DNA from: an uncultured Bacilli bacterium
GTDB lineage: Bacteria > Bacillota_I > Bacilli_A > RFN20 > CAG-449
Reading direction: 5' to 3'
NCBI GenBank assembly: GCA_947629415.1
Contig: CANRDP010000003.1
Coordinates: forward strand, 1 to 58,786
DNA: 58,786 nucleotides
Shown: positions 1 to 10,944 of the stretch, in pieces
How the letters are laid out: the number at the start of each line of letters is the position of its first letter
Position numbering within the stretch: position 1 is the first letter of the stretch
The notes under the pieces: model-generated
What the model saw: the letters and a program-made list of their open reading frames with translations, nothing else
Databases searched by the model: none
What the model was told of the DNA's origin: nothing
Translations under genes and position numbers: made by a program

Positions 1-99
1 TTTTATTGTTTTTTAAAACAAATAGTTCCTGCATAAATTCGATTTTTCTTTGGTTTCATTTTAAGATAAGTATATAATAAAAGACATAGGAGAATTGCA

Positions 100-1470
100 A
101 TGATTGATTATAAACAATTGGTGAAAGCACATAAGAAAAATGTCGTGGAAGATTTGAAAAAATGGATACAAATACCTTCCGTTTATGATGAAAATACAAA
201 AGATAAAAATCATCCTTTTGGAAATGAAGTGGCAAAAGCATTGGAATATATTGCTCAATTAGGAGAAAAAGAAGGATTTGAAGTTGATCGATGTGATGGA
301 TATTGCACGGAAATTTCTTATGGAAAAGGGGACATCATTGGTATATATGCACATTGTGATGTTGTTCCCGTTTCTGGAACATGGAAATTTCCTCCTTTTT
401 CCGGGGAAGTTTTTGAGGACAAAATGTATGGACGCGGTACTTCGGATGATAAAGGACCCGCGATGGCTGCTTTTCATGCTCTTTGTGCTTTAAAAGATGC
501 TGGAAGAATTGAAGGATATCAGGTCCGTTTAGTTATCGGCGGAAATGAAGAATCGGGATCTGCCTGTTTAGATTATTATTTTCATAAATTAAAAAAGCCT
601 TATCCAAAATATGGATTTACTCCGGATGGAGATTTCCCTTTAATTTATGGTGAAAAAGGAATTGCAAACTACAAAGTGGAACAGAAGTTGGATTTACCAT
701 TTCTTTCGTCATTACACGGAGGAACTGCTCCGAATAGTGTGTTAGATCATGTTTCGGCAGACATTGTGACAAACGATAATATTGCAAAAGCGGTGAAAGC
801 ATATTTCGGCGCAACAGAATGCGAATATAGTTTAGAAAATAATGGTGAGGGATCTTATCATTTGGAAGTATTCGGAAAAGCTGCACATGGATCGCAACCT
901 AATTTAGGAGTAAATGCAGCATTGGTTTTATTGCGCTTTTTGTCTTTCTATTTCTTGGATGTACGTCTTAGCAATATCGCACAAAGTTATTTTGATGGTG
1001 ATGGTACAACATTGGGAATTTATCATGAAACAAAATTGCTGAAAAATACTACGATTAATGTCGGCTTGATGGACTATAAAGACGGAATTCTTACATATGT
1101 GGTTAATTTCCGTTATCCTGAGAATGTTCAACCGAAAAAAATTATTGAAAAATTGAATAAAATGAATTTGGGAACGCACACATTGCTTTCTTCTTGCAAA
1201 CCTTTACTCGTTGATCCTTATGGACCGATGGTACGAACGCTTTTAAAAGTTTATCAGGTGGAAACAGGAGATGAAAAGACTCCGATAATGACAATCGGGG
1301 GAGGAACCTATGCAAAAGAAAGTAAAAATACAATTGCTTTTGGTTCTCATTTTCCGGGAAGAGATGATCGAATTCACAATTCCGATGAAACGATTCATTT
1401 GGATGATTTAATTGATTCTATGGCTATATATGCGCATGCTATCGATGCTTTGGGAAGATTATGCGATTAA
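100..1470 (+). CDS. pepV: M20 family dipeptidase (PepV/Sapep type)
   Basis: Motifs HCDVVP, GRGTSDDKGP, NEESG, PDGDFP, HGS, GGGTYA and C-terminal H; AGGAG RBS upstream. Confidence 0.9.
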   Translation: MIDYKQLVKAHKKNVVEDLKKWIQIPSVYDENTKDKNHPFGNEVAKALEYIAQLGEKEGFEVDRCDGYCTEISYGKGDIIGIYAHCDVVPVSGTWKFPPFSGEVFEDKMYGRGTSDDKGPAMAAFHALCALKDAGRIEGYQVRLVIGGNEESGSACLDYYFHKLKKPYPKYGFTPDGDFPLIYGEKGIANYKVEQKLDLPFLSSLHGGTAPNSVLDHVSADIVTNDNIAKAVKAYFGATECEYSLENNGEGSYHLEVFGKAAHGSQPNLGVNAALVLLRFLSFYFLDVRLSNIAQSYFDGDGTTLGIYHETKLLKNTTINVGLMDYKDGILTYVVNFRYPENVQPKKIIEKLNKMNLGTHTLLSSCKPLLVDPYGPMVRTLLKVYQVETGDEKTPIMTIGGGTYAKESKNTIAFGSHFPGRDDRIHNSDETIHLDDLIDSMAIYAHAIDALGRLCD

Positions 1471-2081
1471 GAAAAAGAAAATGGATGGATTCTCTTCTGG
1501 AAGAAAGTGCCTATCTTCTCAAAGAAGATGATGTTGAAGAATTTTTGAAGAGAACACAAAATCTTGTTTTGGAAATCGGTTCCGGAAAAGGAAAATTTCT
1601 CTTGGAAATGGCAAGAAAAAATCCGGAATGTGAATTTTTAGGTGTAGAAATACAACGTTCCGCATTGGCAATAAGTATAAAGACCATCGGTGAAGAAAAA
1701 AGAAATAATTTGCATTTCATTTGCTCGGATATACAAAAATTATTTTTTAAATTTTCCGATGAAAGTTTGAATGCCATTTATTTGAATTTTTCTGACCCAT
1801 GGCCAAAAAAAAGGCAACAAAAACGTCGTTTGACTTATCCTTCTTTTTTAAAGGAATATTATAGATTATTAAAAAGAGGAGGAAAATTGTATTTTAAAAC
1901 CGATAATGAGGATCTATTTTCGGATAGTCTACATTATTTAAAAGATTCTTCTTTTATTCTCGAATCGATGACAATGGATTATAATGGAGAAGATTCAATG
2001 GATGCATTGACGGATTATGAAATAAAATTTCGCTCACAAGAGAAAAAAATTACTCGTTTTGTGGCAAGAAAAGGAGAATGA
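1461..2081 (+). CDS. trmB: tRNA (guanine-N7)-methyltransferase
   Basis: MRLR start, LEIGSGKG, NFSDPWPKKR, FKTDN, TDYE motifs. Confidence 0.95.
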   Translation: MRLRKRKWMDSLLEESAYLLKEDDVEEFLKRTQNLVLEIGSGKGKFLLEMARKNPECEFLGVEIQRSALAISIKTIGEEKRNNLHFICSDIQKLFFKFSDESLNAIYLNFSDPWPKKRQQKRRLTYPSFLKEYYRLLKRGGKLYFKTDNEDLFSDSLHYLKDSSFILESMTMDYNGEDSMDALTDYEIKFRSQEKKITRFVARKGE

Positions 2082-2082
2082 T

Positions 2083-3129
2083 ATGGATAAACAATTACTT
2101 GAAGATTTAACTCAGCTTTTCGGCCCTTCCGGGCACGAAGAAGATGTTGCCAAATATCTTAGAAAAAGATATGAAGAAATGTCACTTGAAGTACAACGGG
2201 ATCCTTTTGGAAATATATATGGAATAAAACATTCCAAGAAGAAAAATACAAGAAGAGTACTTCTTCTATCCCATATGGATGAAGTAGGATTCGTGGTTAC
2301 CGGATTTTTGGAAAATGGCTGTGTGAAAGTTTCTCCATTAGGAGGATTCAATGTGGAAACGATCCTAGCTTCCCGAGCAATATTAAAAAAACAGAACGGA
2401 GATTTTTTATATGGTACGGCTTCAGCCTTGTCTCCACATTTATTTCAAGGAAAAGAAAATGAAAAAACATCGATTGAAAATATGAGTTTTGATTTTGGAT
2501 TTCTTTCCAAAGAAGAGGCAAAAAAGGAGATTACTATCGGAGATCCGATTCTTTTGGAAGGGAAATTTTCTTTTTTGAATCACGGAAAAAGAATATTATC
2601 AAAAGCTTTGGATGACCGAATGGGACTTGCTATGGGAATAGAAGCCGTAAGAAATGTGCAAAAAGAATTACCTTACGAGTTATATTTAGGCGGAAGTATG
2701 CAGGAAGAAGTCGGACTTCGCGGAGCACATTCCGCCGGGGAATTCGTTCATCCGGATTTAGCAATTGTCGTGGATTGTTCTCCGGCAACCGATCAGGAAG
2801 AAGGCTCTTTAGGAAAAGGGGTTTTACTGCGGGTATTTGATCGATCTATGATTGCAAGAAAAGAATTAATTGCTTTTCAAAAGAAGTGTTTGGAAGAAGT
2901 GCAGGTCCCTTATCAATATTATATCGGTAAAGGTGGTACCGATGCCGGGGATTTACACCGTGTTCGGGAAGGAATCCCAACACTGACGTATTGTTTATGT
3001 GCTCGGGCAATTCACACTCCCTCCAGTGTTTTGGATGTGAGTGATTTTGAAAATGCTGTTCGAGGATTAACGCATATTTTGGAATCTTTAGAGGAAAAAG
3101 ATTTGGCAAATTTTCGCTACGAAAATTAG
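2083..3129 (+). CDS. M42 family aminopeptidase
   Basis: SHMDEVG, KALDDR, QEEVGLRGA, GGTDAG, IHTP; start moved to ATG 2083 behind AGGAG (ORF track starts at 2059). Confidence 0.9.
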   Translation: MDKQLLEDLTQLFGPSGHEEDVAKYLRKRYEEMSLEVQRDPFGNIYGIKHSKKKNTRRVLLLSHMDEVGFVVTGFLENGCVKVSPLGGFNVETILASRAILKKQNGDFLYGTASALSPHLFQGKENEKTSIENMSFDFGFLSKEEAKKEITIGDPILLEGKFSFLNHGKRILSKALDDRMGLAMGIEAVRNVQKELPYELYLGGSMQEEVGLRGAHSAGEFVHPDLAIVVDCSPATDQEEGSLGKGVLLRVFDRSMIARKELIAFQKKCLEEVQVPYQYYIGKGGTDAGDLHRVREGIPTLTYCLCARAIHTPSSVLDVSDFENAVRGLTHILESLEEKDLANFRYEN

Positions 3130-3142
3130 AAAGAGGTAAATT

Positions 3143-4243
3143 ATGTTGGAAGTAGAAAAGAAAGCAAAAGGATTGATTCATCGCTTAACAAATGAAACTT
3201 TTCAATTTGATCCGCGATTAAAGGAAGGTTTTTTTACCGCGAACTATTTTTTGAAAACAAGAAAAATCGTCATGGAAAATATTCCGAATCAGAAAGTGAC
3301 CATGCAATTTTTCCAAAGAGAAGATGATGTCATGCTTTGTGGGATAGATGAAGCAATTGCTTTAATTCAGTGCTTTGCAGAAAATCCTGAAAATTTGGAA
3401 ATCGAAGCATTAAATGATGGTGATATGATTTCCAACGGAGAACCGGTATTGAAAATAACAGGACGATATGAAGATTTCGGTTTTTTGGAAAGTATGATTG
3501 ATGGAATTTTGGCACGTCGCAGTTCTGTGGCAACCAATACTTATCGAGTTTTGAAAGCCGCGAATGGGAAGGCCGTTATCAATATGGCCGATCGTCAGGA
3601 TGAATATCATACCCAAATCGGAGATGGTTATAGTGCTTATGTTGCGGGATTAAAGCTTGATTCTACCGATGCCATGGGCTATTGGTGGGGTGGAAAAGGT
3701 ATGGGAACAATGCCTCATGCTTTGATTCAAATCTGCGGAGGCGATATTTTAAAGGCTGCGGATTTTTATCTGAAAACATATCCCCAGGAAAAGGTCACGG
3801 CATTAATCGATTATCATAATAATGTTGTTGCGGATTCACTTATGATTGCTCGTCATTTGAAAGAAAGATTAAATGCGGTGCGAATCGATACTTCCAAATC
3901 CTTGATTGACCATTATTTTGATGATAAAGATACATCATCTTTTGATCCACACGGAGTATGCAAAGAATTGGTTTTTGCGCTACGAGAAGCATTAGATAAA
4001 GAAAACTTTACTTATGTGAAAATTATTGTTTCCAGCGGTTTTGATGCCAAAAAAATTCAAGAATTTGAAAATGCACATGTTCCCGTGGATACTTATGGCG
4101 TAGGCACAAATTTAGTGAAAATTTCCGTTGGTTTTACCGGTGATCTTGTGGAATTAAACGGAAAAAGCGAGGCAAAAGAAGGAAGAAAAAATGTTTTTTC
4201 CTCTCGATTGGAAAAAGTAAAATTAAACAAAAGAGAAAAATAA
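3143..4243 (+). CDS. pncB: nicotinate phosphoribosyltransferase
   Basis: GTMPHALI, VRIDTS, IIVSSGF, YGVGT motifs. Confidence 0.88.
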   Translation: MLEVEKKAKGLIHRLTNETFQFDPRLKEGFFTANYFLKTRKIVMENIPNQKVTMQFFQREDDVMLCGIDEAIALIQCFAENPENLEIEALNDGDMISNGEPVLKITGRYEDFGFLESMIDGILARRSSVATNTYRVLKAANGKAVINMADRQDEYHTQIGDGYSAYVAGLKLDSTDAMGYWWGGKGMGTMPHALIQICGGDILKAADFYLKTYPQEKVTALIDYHNNVVADSLMIARHLKERLNAVRIDTSKSLIDHYFDDKDTSSFDPHGVCKELVFALREALDKENFTYVKIIVSSGFDAKKIQEFENAHVPVDTYGVGTNLVKISVGFTGDLVELNGKSEAKEGRKNVFSSRLEKVKLNKREK

Positions 4244-4382
4244 AAATAATTTCCAGAGAAAAATTTTTTGAGGATAACATAATCGTTATAATAAAAAATT
4301 AAACCTAAGCACAAGAAAATGAAAATGACCTTACAAACGAAAAAAAATATTTTATAATGAAAAAAGAAGGAGATCAAACAAT

Positions 4383-5606
4383 ATGAAAAATATAATTGTC
4401 GGTCAGTCTGGTGGCCCAACATCTGTCATTAATTCTTCTTTGTTAGGTGTATTTAAAACTGCGAAAGATTTGAAATGTGACAAAATTTACGGAATGGTTC
4501 ATGGAATTAAAGGTTTATTGGATCGAGATGTCGTGGATTTAAGACAACAAATCAAATCGGATTTAGATATGGATTTATTGAAAAGAACTCCATCTTCTTT
4601 TTTGGGATCTTGCCGTTATAAATTGCCGGATATTGAAGGTAATGAAGAAACTTATGAAAAGATTTTCAAAATTCTGAATGAATTGGAAATTTATGCTTTC
4701 TTTTATATCGGTGGAAATGATTCCATGGATACAATCAAAAAATTATCGGATTACGGTGAAAAAATCAAAAGCCCGATTCGTTTCATGGGTGTTCCGAAGA
4801 CAATCGATAATGATTTGGCCATGACGGATCATACTCCGGGTTATGGAAGCGCCGCAAAATATATTGCTGCAACCATGAAAGAAATCATTTGCGATGGTTT
4901 GGTTTATGATTATCCAGTTGTTACCATTGTGGAAGTTATGGGAAGAAATGCCGGATGGTTAACGGCGGCAGCGGCTTTGGCAAAAGGTGAGGATTGCAGT
5001 GGTGTCGATATGATTTTCTTACCTGAAATACCATTTAACATTGATTTATTTTTGAAAAAGACCGGAGAATTGTTAAAAGAGAATCGCTCAATTGTTATTG
5101 CTGTTTCCGAAGGTGTGAAAGTAAAGGATGGCCGATATGTTTGTGAATTAGCGGATCATGTAGAATACGTGGATTCCTTCGGTCATAAACAACTATCCGG
5201 GACCGCTCGTTATTTAGCTTCTCGTGTAGCAACTGCCTTTAATGTAAAGACAAGAGCAATTGAATTATCATCCTTACAGCGATGTGCGGCACATATGACT
5301 TCTCGAATTGATATTACCGAGGCATTCAATACCGGTGGTGCGGCAGTGAAAGCAGCTTTGAATGGATTATCCGGACATGTGATTACTTTAAAAAGAGTCA
5401 GTGAAGATCCCTATATGTGTATTACCGAACCTGCGGATGTTCATTATATCGCCAATGTCGAAAAGAAAGTACCTTTGGAATGGATCAGCGATGACGGAAC
5501 CTTTGTCAAAGAGGAACTTGTTCATTACATTCGCCCTTTGATTCAAGCGGAAATCGCTCCATTATGGGTTGATGGATTACCAAGACATTTGAAATTAGTG
5601 AAATAA
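4383..5606 (+). CDS. pfp: 6-phosphofructokinase, probably PPi-dependent
   Basis: QSGGP, GGNDS (Asp at the phosphoryl-donor specificity position), PKTIDND, EVMGRNAGW. Confidence 0.85.
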   Translation: MKNIIVGQSGGPTSVINSSLLGVFKTAKDLKCDKIYGMVHGIKGLLDRDVVDLRQQIKSDLDMDLLKRTPSSFLGSCRYKLPDIEGNEETYEKIFKILNELEIYAFFYIGGNDSMDTIKKLSDYGEKIKSPIRFMGVPKTIDNDLAMTDHTPGYGSAAKYIAATMKEIICDGLVYDYPVVTIVEVMGRNAGWLTAAAALAKGEDCSGVDMIFLPEIPFNIDLFLKKTGELLKENRSIVIAVSEGVKVKDGRYVCELADHVEYVDSFGHKQLSGTARYLASRVATAFNVKTRAIELSSLQRCAAHMTSRIDITEAFNTGGAAVKAALNGLSGHVITLKRVSEDPYMCITEPADVHYIANVEKKVPLEWISDDGTFVKEELVHYIRPLIQAEIAPLWVDGLPRHLKLVK

Positions 5607-5617
5607 AAAAAGCTCAT

Positions 5618-5648
5618 AAAAAACCACGAAAAAAATCGTGGTTTTTTT
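5618..5648 (+). terminator. rho-independent terminator
   Basis: AAAAAACCACGA-loop-TCGTGGTTTTTTT hairpin directly after the PFK stop. Confidence 0.8.
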
Positions 5649-5783
5649 AAAATGTATCATAAACTTAAAAAAAATAGCGAAAAATATTTTTAGAAAAAAA
5701 GACATCAAAAAAAAGAAGGAACAAAATTTTTTGTATTGGAAACAAGTTTCCGAAGATTTTACATATTTTATATTGGTGATTCA

Positions 5784-7040
5784 ATGAAAATCTATTTTAT
5801 CGGTATCAAAGGAAGCGGTATGGCAAGTTTGGCCTTACTTTTAAAGCAAGACGGGTATTTTGTTTTTGGAGAGGATGTCTCGGATTTCATATCAACTCAG
5901 GAAGAATTGGAAAAAGAAAATATTTCCATTCTTCCCTTGAATAGTTTTCCAAATATCGATGCGGATTTTTTTATTGTGGGACATGCTTTTGAAGACACAA
6001 AAAAAATATTGGAAGAGCAAAAAAAGAAATATACTTTTTATAATCGTTTTTTGCAAAGCTATTTAAAAAAAGAGCCGGTCATTTCCATTGCAGGAAGCCA
6101 TGGTAAAACAACATGTGTCGGGTTGATTGCACATCTTTTGGATGCATCTTTTTTAAGAGGAGACGGACATGCGAAACGAAGAAAGAGTAAATACTTTTTT
6201 TTGGAATCCTGTGAATACAAAAATCATTATTTTGCTTATTCTCCAAAAGAAATTATTTTATTAAATGTGGATTATGATCATGTTGATTTTTTTAAGAGCA
6301 GAGAAGAATATGAAGAAAGTTTTCGCATTTTTTTAAAGAAAGCAACATCCGTTTATTTACCATATAAAGAAAAACACTTGTTATCTCCTTTTCACCATGC
6401 GATTACCTTTGGTGAAGAAGATGAGGCTACTTATTCTTATAAAAATATTACCATGAATGAAAAAAATTTGAATTTTTCCATTTTTTATCGAGGAAAAGAA
6501 GTAGAAAGAATTCATACCATACTGAAAGGAAAACAATTTATCCCTTTATTAACGGTTTGCTATGCGTTTTGTAAAGAACATCTGGAAATTTTTCCAACGG
6601 ATAAAATGGATACTTTTTCTTTGGCTTCCAGACGATTTAATATTGAAAAAGTAGAAAATCAAATTCTTATTGATGATTATGCCCATCATCCCAATCAGAT
6701 CCGTCTGCATTATGAAAATCTTTGTTATTTATATAAGAAAAGAAAGAAAATCGCTATTTTTGAAGGAGATCGTTATTCAAGAGTTTTTGCATTGAAAAAA
6801 GATTTTGAAAAAGTATTGTCGCTTTTTGATGAAGTATATCTATTTCCTTTGGCAAAAATGCAAGAAAATGAAGGAAAAGACGATCGTATTCTTCATATAA
6901 AAAACGCAAAATATATTTTATCGATAAAAGAAATTCTTTCCCGATGGGATTTTCAAAAAGAATATGTCTTTTCTTTTATGTCTTCAAAGGAAATGAAAAA
7001 AGAAAAAGATATCTTGAAAAATGCAATACAAAAAAAATAA
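5784..7040 (+). CDS. murC: UDP-N-acetylmuramate--L-alanine ligase (divergent)
   Basis: FIGIKGSGMASLA, AGSHGKTT, DYDHVD, DDYAHHP; likely start ATG 5784. Confidence 0.85.
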   Translation: MKIYFIGIKGSGMASLALLLKQDGYFVFGEDVSDFISTQEELEKENISILPLNSFPNIDADFFIVGHAFEDTKKILEEQKKKYTFYNRFLQSYLKKEPVISIAGSHGKTTCVGLIAHLLDASFLRGDGHAKRRKSKYFFLESCEYKNHYFAYSPKEIILLNVDYDHVDFFKSREEYEESFRIFLKKATSVYLPYKEKHLLSPFHHAITFGEEDEATYSYKNITMNEKNLNFSIFYRGKEVERIHTILKGKQFIPLLTVCYAFCKEHLEIFPTDKMDTFSLASRRFNIEKVENQILIDDYAHHPNQIRLHYENLCYLYKKRKKIAIFEGDRYSRVFALKKDFEKVLSLFDEVYLFPLAKMQENEGKDDRILHIKNAKYILSIKEILSRWDFQKEYVFSFMSSKEMKKEKDILKNAIQKK

Positions 7041-7044
7041 TAAA

Positions 7045-7068
7045 AAAGCGGTTTTTCATAACCGCTTT
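7045..7068. terminator. bidirectional terminator between convergent murC and ackA
   Basis: AAAGCGGTT-tttcat-AACCGCTTT. Confidence 0.75.
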
Positions 7069-7087
7069 CTTTAAAAAAAGATATGTT

Positions 7088-8290
7088 TTAGATATTTAAT
7101 AATCGAACGACATCCCGGGCAATCATTACTTCTTCATCGGTAGGAATTACTACGACTTTGATTTTACTATCGACGGCAGAAATGATACTTTCTTTTCCAC
7201 AGGCACTGTTATTTAATTCCGGAGCCAATTGGACGCCCAAAGCATCTTTAATTTGATCGCAGATCATTGCACGATATTCGGGAGCGTTTTCACCAACACC
7301 GGCAGAGAAAATAATCAAATCACATCCACCGAGTCGGACATAATATTGACCGATGTAATCGGCAATACGACGAATATACATTTTTATGGCCAATTGGGCT
7401 CTTTCATTTCCTTCTTGTGCCGCGGCAGTAACATCCCGACTATCATTGGAAACACCGGAAATTCCTAGTAATCCGGATTTTTTATTGAATTCTTGATAGA
7501 TATCTTCCGCGGATTTTCCGGTTTGGCGAACAAGATAAGGCATGACGGAAGCATCAATATCACCGGTTCTTGTTCCCATCATAACACCGGCAAGAGGAGT
7601 TAATCCCATTGAGGTGGTAACGCATTTTCCGTCTTTGATGGCACATAAGGAAGCACCGGAACCAATGTGGCAAGAAATAATTCGTGGATTTTTGATTCCT
7701 TTAAGATATTTCAGTCCTTCTTGAGAAAGATATTTATGTGAAGTACCATGGGCACCGTATTTCCGCACCATATATTTTTCATAATATTCATAAGGACAAG
7801 CATACATGTAATCTTCCGGTTCCATGGTTTGATGGAAAGCCGTATCAAAAACAGCAACTTGTTTTACTTCGGGTAAAGCCTCTTTAAAAGCACGGAAGCC
7901 AACCAAATGCGCGGCATTATGTAATGGTGCCAAAGGAATTAAAGATTCAATGATTTTTTCGGTTTTATCATCAAAAACCGCGGAATCACTAAAATAATGT
8001 CCTCCTTGAACAATTCGATGACCGACGCCTTTTATTTCCGATAAACTGCGAACAATACCTTGTTCAACTAAAGAATCCAGAAGCATATTGACGGCTATAC
8101 CATGATCTTTGATGGGACAGACTACCTCGGATTTTTCTTTTCCTGTCGGTTTTAAAATAAAACGACCACTGGGTTCTCCGATTCTTTCCAAAAGGCCGGA
8201 ACAAATAACTTTTTCTTCCGGCATCTCATATAGTTTAAATTTTAAAGATGAGCTACCGGCATTTACTGCAAAAACTTTTGACATATACAT
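7088..8290 (-). CDS. ackA: acetate kinase
   Basis: NAGSSSLK, GHRIVQGG, APLHN, VFDTAFH, HIGSGAS, GTRTGD, PTDEE. Confidence 0.97.
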   Translation of the reverse strand: MYMSKVFAVNAGSSSLKFKLYEMPEEKVICSGLLERIGEPSGRFILKPTGKEKSEVVCPIKDHGIAVNMLLDSLVEQGIVRSLSEIKGVGHRIVQGGHYFSDSAVFDDKTEKIIESLIPLAPLHNAAHLVGFRAFKEALPEVKQVAVFDTAFHQTMEPEDYMYACPYEYYEKYMVRKYGAHGTSHKYLSQEGLKYLKGIKNPRIISCHIGSGASLCAIKDGKCVTTSMGLTPLAGVMMGTRTGDIDASVMPYLVRQTGKSAEDIYQEFNKKSGLLGISGVSNDSRDVTAAAQEGNERAQLAIKMYIRRIADYIGQYYVRLGGCDLIIFSAGVGENAPEYRAMICDQIKDALGVQLAPELNNSACGKESIISAVDSKIKVVVIPTDEEVMIARDVVRLLNI

Positions 8291-8404
8291 TCTCCTTGTA
8301 ATAATTTCATTTTAATATAAGTTTTTTTCGATGTAAAGAAACGATAAAACTTCATAAAAAATTTATGCCTTAATTTACTTTTAAAAAAAATTTTTTATGA
8401 AAAA

Positions 8405-8890
8405 TTAAAATTTCCATCGCTTTTTCAAAATAAGAAAAAAGAAAAGAAAAAGCAAAGTAGCAAGAAAAAATCCTGAACTATCCAGTGCCACATCGGAAAA
8501 AGATGGAAAGCGATGAACTGCGATATTTTGAAAAAGGAATTCGGTCAAAAATATAAAAATCATTCCGCTTCCGACATGAAAAAAAAGAAAAATAGGAAAA
8601 GTTTTTTTCTTGAAAACGGAAAGATAAAAATAAAAGGATATACTCCCCAGAAGAAAGAAATATCCGAAATGACCGATTCCTTTTCGCACGAAAATTTTAA
8701 AAGATAAATCGCAAGGTAATTTTTTCTTAAAAATCAAGTAAAAGAGGACAGAAAGAAGTAACCGAAATGTATTGGATGAATTTGCGGATACTTTTCCGTC
8801 TTTTAAGGATTCGTAACTGAAAAAAAAGAGAAGGAAAATGTAAATGCTTCCGAAAATTATTCGAGAAAAGAAATAAATTTTTTTTGACAT
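8405..8890 (-). CDS. VanZ family membrane protein
   Basis: TM helices, RKGIGHF, EFLFQ...R.PSFSDVALD pattern. Confidence 0.7.
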   Translation of the reverse strand: MSKKIYFFSRIIFGSIYIFLLFFFSYESLKDGKVSANSSNTFRLLLSVLFYLIFKKKLPCDLSFKIFVRKGIGHFGYFFLLGSISFYFYLSVFKKKTFPIFLFFHVGSGMIFIFLTEFLFQNIAVHRFPSFSDVALDSSGFFLATLLFLFFFLILKKRWKF

Positions 8891-9059
8891 ATCACTTTAT
8901 TCTATTTCTTTTCTTTTTTTTGGTGATTTTTTTCTTTGTATTTGATGTTCTTTGATAAAGAATTCATGAAAATAGAGTTAAACTTTGAAAAGAATTTATT
9001 TTTTCCATTTGCTTTGGTAAAATAATTATGGCATGAGCCTTTACTTAAGGAGCAATGAA

Positions 9060-10925
9060 ATGGCATTTGGAATTTTATATGATTTCTTAATGGGACAAAC
9101 AATTGAAGCTTACAAATATTTTGGCGCACATTTTGAAGAAAGAAACGGAACAAAAGGTGTCGTATTTCGTACCTATGCTCCGATGGCAAAAGATATTTCG
9201 GTAATCGGGGATTTTAATGGTTGGAATCCGATGGTACATCGCATGACTCGTGTGGATGAATCGGGTGCTTATGAGGTATTTGTTCCTAATGTAGAAAATT
9301 ATGCTTCTTACAAATTTCATATTTGCGGAGCAGATGGAATCTATCGTGATAAGCAGGATCCATTTGGCTTTTTCAGCGATTTAAGACCGATGACATGTTC
9401 TCGGGTTTTCAATATCAATGATTTTGCTTGGCATGATGATGAATTTATGAAAAAAAGAACACGGAATTTTGATAAACCGGTGTCCATATATGAGATGCAT
9501 CTGGGTTCTTGGCTTGGAGCTTTGCAAGATCGAAATCTTTCTTATGAAGAAATTTGCGATAAATTGATTCCTTATCTTTTGGAACATGGCTACACCCATG
9601 TGGAACTGATGCCGGTTACCCAATATCCTTTTGATGGTAGTTGGGGATATCAGGCTACCGGATTTTATGCCGTTGATTCTCGATATGGAAATCCTTTCCA
9701 ACTTATGAGTTTTGTGGATCGTCTTCATCAGGTGGGAATCGGTGTCATTTTGGATTATGTGGTCGTACATTTTGCTACGGATTCCTATTCTTTGGAAAAA
9801 TATGATGGCACGAATCTTTTTGAATATTCGGGTGAAAATGAATATTCGCAATGGGGAAGTAAATTATTTGATTTGGGAAAAGATCCGGTTCGTAGTTTTC
9901 TGATGTCCGGGGCAAATTATTTTCTCGATTATTTTCATTTTGACGGAATTCGTTTTGATGCGGTTTCCAATCTTATTTATTGGGGAGGAAATTCCAATCG
10001 GGGAACGAATGACGGTGCAATTGAATTTATGAAAAGATTAACCGGGAAATTACATATTGCCCATAATTCCTGTATGCTTATTGCCGAAGATTCTTCCGAT
10101 TTTCAAGGCGTAACAAAAGATTTGGAATTCGGAGGATTGGGATTTGACTATAAATGGGATCTCGGTTGGATGAACGATACACTGAAATATTATGCCAAAG
10201 ACCCGATTTATCGTGGCTATCATCACCATCAAATTACTTTTTCTATGGCATATTTTTATTCGGAAAATTTTTTGTTACCTTTGTCGCATGATGAAGTGGT
10301 ACACGGAAAAGGGACAATCATCAATAAAATATTCGGTGATTACGATGCAAAATTTGCACAAGTAAGAAATTTATATACTTATCAATTCTCTCATCCGGGC
10401 AAAAAATTGAATTTCATGGGAAATGAATTGGCTTCTTTTGATGAATGGTCGGAAAAAAAGTCCTTACCTTGGGTTTTGAAAACATTCCCCAAGCATGATT
10501 CCATAAGACGCTTGGTAAGGGATTTGAATTTAATTTATCGTTCGGAGAAAGCCATGTATGTGGAAGAATATAATCCGATTCATTTTCAATGGTTGATGGC
10601 GGATAATACGACACAATCCATCTATGCATTTCAACGCTCTTATCAAGATGAAAATATTCGGGAAACTTTGGTTTTTATCTTTAATATGACACCGAATTTT
10701 TATGAAAATTACGATGTTGGAATCTGTGAAGAAGGTACATATGTGGAAATTTTTAATTCGGATAAAGATGTCTATGGCGGATATAATCAATATAACGGAT
10801 TACCTTTGGTAGCCTCCAGAGGAAATTGCTTTAATCAACCATATAAAATTACGATTAAATTGGCTTCTTACGGAGCTATGATTTTCAAAATGACAAAAAT
10901 TTTAAAAGATAAGTATAAAAATTAG
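9060..10925 (+). CDS. glgB: 1,4-alpha-glucan branching enzyme
   Basis: YEMHLGSW, SWGYQ, DGIRFDAV, IAEDS, LSHDEVVHGK; start ATG 9060 behind AAGGAG. Confidence 0.96.
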   Translation: MAFGILYDFLMGQTIEAYKYFGAHFEERNGTKGVVFRTYAPMAKDISVIGDFNGWNPMVHRMTRVDESGAYEVFVPNVENYASYKFHICGADGIYRDKQDPFGFFSDLRPMTCSRVFNINDFAWHDDEFMKKRTRNFDKPVSIYEMHLGSWLGALQDRNLSYEEICDKLIPYLLEHGYTHVELMPVTQYPFDGSWGYQATGFYAVDSRYGNPFQLMSFVDRLHQVGIGVILDYVVVHFATDSYSLEKYDGTNLFEYSGENEYSQWGSKLFDLGKDPVRSFLMSGANYFLDYFHFDGIRFDAVSNLIYWGGNSNRGTNDGAIEFMKRLTGKLHIAHNSCMLIAEDSSDFQGVTKDLEFGGLGFDYKWDLGWMNDTLKYYAKDPIYRGYHHHQITFSMAYFYSENFLLPLSHDEVVHGKGTIINKIFGDYDAKFAQVRNLYTYQFSHPGKKLNFMGNELASFDEWSEKKSLPWVLKTFPKHDSIRRLVRDLNLIYRSEKAMYVEEYNPIHFQWLMADNTTQSIYAFQRSYQDENIRETLVFIFNMTPNFYENYDVGICEEGTYVEIFNSDKDVYGGYNQYNGLPLVASRGNCFNQPYKITIKLASYGAMIFKMTKILKDKYKN

Positions 10926-10944
10926 GAAAGGAAACAAGCTTACC

